IMG/VR virus record: IMGVR_UViG_3300030413_000012 | Length of the DNA: 64,000 nucleotides | Reading direction: 5' to 3' (one strand) | Source of the DNA: an uncultured virus (IMG/VR IMGVR_UViG_3300030413_000012) | Lineage: Duplodnaviria; Heunggongvirae; Uroviricota; Caudoviricetes | Part shown: one piece after another, positions 61,329-64,000 of the stretch | How the letters are laid out: each line of letters starts with the position of its first letter | How positions within the stretch are numbered: the first letter of the stretch is position 1 | Translations under genes and position numbers: made by a program | The notes under the pieces: model-generated | The model's input: the letters and a program-made list of their open reading frames with translations, nothing else | Told to the model about the DNA's origin: nothing | Databases searched by the model: none

Positions 61329-61595
61329 ATGTTGACAAAGGAGGACTTGCAAAAAATGCAGTTTATTAACAACAGTGTTAATTATTTTCTTTTTATAAAA
61401 TATGCAATAATGTTAAGCCCACCTGAAAAAAGAAAACATTCAATTGAAATTGCAAAAAGAATTTGGAAATACTTTGTTGATTATTCAAACAGAAACTGGA
61501 TAACAGCAATAAATTACTTTGATAAAGAAGATGCTGAATTATTTTTAAAAATATTTAATTCATTGGAAAAATTTGATAATGCTAAATATTTGTGA
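61329..61595 (+). CDS. hypothetical protein
   Basis: 88-aa ORF. Confidence 0.55.
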   Translation: MLTKEDLQKMQFINNSVNYFLFIKYAIMLSPPEKRKHSIEIAKRIWKYFVDYSNRNWITAINYFDKEDAELFLKIFNSLEKFDNAKYL

Positions 61596-61819
61596 TTTAT
61601 GCTTCCATATTTTATAAAATTTTTAAATAGTCTTTTTTAATAAAAAGTTATGTCATTTGACTGTATTTGTGAACACCATAAAAAAGGAGAAAAATATTGC
61701 TATAACTGTCAAATATTTGGTTGCAAAAATAAGGATGGCTTTATTTGGTATGAAAAAGCATGGGATTAAATAAAAAGATATTATTAAATATATAGCAGTC
61801 CCAAATAATATTGAATTGC

Positions 61820-63145
61820 ATGTTATTATATACCAAAGAAATTCTTGATGAAATTGAATCCCATTTTGCAGATAAAAGTTTCAATAGATTTAAGATTAAA
61901 GACAATACCTTCATTTTTACAAAATCATCAAAGGAAGGAATTTATATACAAAGAGTTTCAAACTTTGCATTAGGGCTTGCATATGATACAACTAATAAAC
62001 AATTTATTTTTAACTATCCACATCTTAGCAACATAAAAACTGTTTCAGATGTTCCTCAAAATTCTATTGTCCAAGAAAAACTTAATGGAACAAATGTTGG
62101 GATTATTAAACTTGCAGATGGTTCAATAATTTACAGAACCAGAGGAAGCATTGAACCAGATACTTTTATGAATAACATAAATTCTGCAATTTTGGAGGGG
62201 GCTAAAACTCTTGTTGGAATAAATGAAGAAGTATTTGATGATTTTAAAAATAAATATATTGATATATTAAGAGAAGGTATAAAAAAATATATTGATGATT
62301 TTGGAAATGTGCTGATGACAAGTATTGGAACAGAACTTGTAAATGAATTAAAATATATTTTTATTGAAAATTGGAAAATTGTTGGAATATTTGGAGAACT
62401 TATTTCAAAATATAATCCAATTGCAGTTGATTCAAAAATGAAGTTTGGAATGTATCTTGATATGCCAGAAGATTATCAGTTTTATATTTTTGATATAATG
62501 GTTACAGATAATGGTGGAAATATTTATTTTGCAGAACCATCAGAACTTAAGTTAATAAGGAAAACAAAGCTTATAAAAACAGTTTCTTCTGAAAAACTTT
62601 CAGACATCAATGCAATGCAAAATAAATTTATAAATGAAGAGGGTGTTATTGCAAAATCTTCAGAAGGTTATTATAAAATAAAAAAAGATGAAGTTTTAGA
62701 GTGGGAAAGACTTCTTGGAAAATTAAGCAATGTTGTTGTATTTTCAATAAATCATGTTTTTGAAGAGAATGGTTTTTCAACAAATGAAGTTTTAAACAAG
62801 AAATTTTTAGAGCCAAATGCAATAGAACCTTTAATTTTGTCTTCATGGCAAGAAATAAAAAATAATGGTGTTTCAGAAAATGATTTGATTGAATATTATG
62901 GTTCTAAGAACAAGGTTGATACTGAAATTAAAAGCATTGTTTCAGAAAAAGTATTGATTGGAATTGCAAGTGTTTTAATTAAAAATAATATTACTACAAA
63001 AGAAAAATTATATCTTGCACTTCCTGAATATTTCCAATTTACAGAACCTGTTCTTGATTGGAATGAAAGAAGAGGTAAATTATTACCTATAAAAAGTTAT
63101 GCTTTGATGATAAGAAAAATAATTGGAAATGTAGTAGGAAAATAA
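61820..63145 (+). CDS. ATP-dependent RNA ligase (Rnl-type nucleotidyltransferase)
   Basis: QEKLNGTN motif I, FGE, FYIFDI, EEGVIAK, YKIK. Confidence 0.8.
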   Translation: MLLYTKEILDEIESHFADKSFNRFKIKDNTFIFTKSSKEGIYIQRVSNFALGLAYDTTNKQFIFNYPHLSNIKTVSDVPQNSIVQEKLNGTNVGIIKLADGSIIYRTRGSIEPDTFMNNINSAILEGAKTLVGINEEVFDDFKNKYIDILREGIKKYIDDFGNVLMTSIGTELVNELKYIFIENWKIVGIFGELISKYNPIAVDSKMKFGMYLDMPEDYQFYIFDIMVTDNGGNIYFAEPSELKLIRKTKLIKTVSSEKLSDINAMQNKFINEEGVIAKSSEGYYKIKKDEVLEWERLLGKLSNVVVFSINHVFEENGFSTNEVLNKKFLEPNAIEPLILSSWQEIKNNGVSENDLIEYYGSKNKVDTEIKSIVSEKVLIGIASVLIKNNITTKEKLYLALPEYFQFTEPVLDWNERRGKLLPIKSYALMIRKIIGNVVGK

Positions 63146-63172
63146 ATAAAAATAACTAGGCTTATAAACTAA

Positions 63173-63862
63173 TTACATATAACCTAAATCTCTTAATTTT
63201 TTCATTATCTTTTCTTTTTCTGCATTTCTACTGGCTCTTTCATTTTCTGATGAACAGGATATTTCTTTTATTATATCAGGAATAGTTTTAGCATTACTGT
63301 TTATTGATGCTGAACAAAATGAGCAACCTAAACTTCTATATCTTTGTCCATCCTTTGCAAAATATAATGGATTAACTTTTATTTTATTTTCTTTTATGTA
63401 GTTCCAAATATCAAGTTCAGTCCAATCCAAAATAGGATGAACTCTTTTTTTATTAAATTCTTTTTCATCTGCTCTTGCTGGATTTTCATCTCTTCTTATT
63501 GCAACAAAAAGAACATCATATTTTTGTTCTAATTTTTTTAATGCATCAATTTTATTATATGAACAACAATTTCCATCTTTTTGATAATTTTCTGGAAGAA
63601 TTGATTTTTCAATAACTAAATTAAAGCCAAGTTCTTTTTGTTTATCTTTTAAAAAAGTATAAGATTCTTTAAATTCAACTCCATTATCAATAAAACCAAC
63701 ATCAAATGGAATTTTGCCAAATGCTTTTTTTATTAAATGCAATAAAACAGTGCTATCCTTTCCAAGACTAAACATTACTATTGGTTTTTTAAATTTAGTT
63801 ACTGTTTCTTTAATTATACTTATTGATTTATGTTCTTTATATTCCAAATCTTCTGTAATCAT
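63173..63862 (-). CDS. PAPS-reductase-family / CysD-like adenylyltransferase
   Basis: FSLGKDS PP-loop, RRDENPAR, HPILDWTELDIW, YRSLGC, MKKLRDLGYM. Confidence 0.85.
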   Translation of the reverse strand: MITEDLEYKEHKSISIIKETVTKFKKPIVMFSLGKDSTVLLHLIKKAFGKIPFDVGFIDNGVEFKESYTFLKDKQKELGFNLVIEKSILPENYQKDGNCCSYNKIDALKKLEQKYDVLFVAIRRDENPARADEKEFNKKRVHPILDWTELDIWNYIKENKIKVNPLYFAKDGQRYRSLGCSFCSASINSNAKTIPDIIKEISCSSENERASRNAEKEKIMKKLRDLGYM

Positions 63863-63911
63863 TTTATTTCCTTTTTTATATTCTTATATTTATATAATTA
63901 TTTGTTTAAAA

Positions 63912-63995
63912 TGCTGGTGATAGGATTTGCACCTATGAAGTCCTAAGACAAAAGGGTTTAAGCCTTTCCAGTTTGACTGCTTCTGATACACCAGC
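63912..63995 (-). tRNA. tRNA-Leu(UAA)
   Basis: GCTGGTG/CACCAGC-A, AAAGG-CTTAAAC-CCTTT, long variable arm, ATAGG-TGCAAAT-CCTAT. Confidence 0.9.
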
Positions 63996-64000
63996 ATATA

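Noticed and set aside
63173..63862. DndC phosphorothioation enzyme
   Set aside because: Short, with a CysD-like C-terminus; no dndD/E/A neighbours in the window
817..63920. Many short antisense or overlapping ORFs in the track (e.g. 2877, 13262, 33794, 41930, 46781, 50914)
   Set aside because: F/S/I-rich shadows of genuine genes on the opposite strand or frame
1..64000. Genome-wide stop-codon reassignment (TAG or TAA)
   Set aside because: Long conserved genes have no internal stops, and TAA, TAG and TGA all terminate well-defined genes (e.g. top6A and tfb end in TAG); no clear suppressor tRNA seen

Overview
A very AT-rich (roughly a quarter G+C by eye), gene-dense segment that looks like a large archaeal virus or extrachromosomal element rather than a cellular chromosome. 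It has no ribosomal, RNA-polymerase or central-metabolism genes and many short orphan ORFs. It does carry a near-complete archaeal-type replication/repair kit (family B DNA polymerase, AEP primase with a PriX-like tail, Mre11/Rad50, topoisomerase VI A+B, SNF2 and SF2 helicases, DEDDh exonuclease) and a TFB. It also has nucleotide-pool enzymes (NDK, dCTP deaminase, dNMP kinase, two HAD 5'-nucleotidases, DUF1599), six tRNA genes plus one tRNA-like element, seven pilin/adhesin-like genes including two DUF2341 proteins, and a conflict/RNA-repair cluster (AbiE-like pair, HEPN, phosphoesterase, PD-(D/E)xK nuclease, RNA ligase, CysD/PAPS-reductase-like). The most unusual sequence-level signals are: (i) apparent complete absence of the CG dinucleotide, even in tRNAs, and of GATC, GTAC and GGCC; (ii) a 2.4 kb non-coding region with a ~330 bp nested inverted repeat and iteron-like repeats (candidate origin); (iii) short tandem repeats at gene 3' ends; (iv) several genes broken by in-frame stops; (v) two paralogous, apparently ATPase-dead MCM-like proteins. 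No capsid, terminase or integrase was recognised, so virus versus plasmid-like element is unresolved. A DPANN (Parvarchaeota/Micrarchaeota-like) host is inference only. All motif-absence statements come from reading by eye and need a k-mer count.
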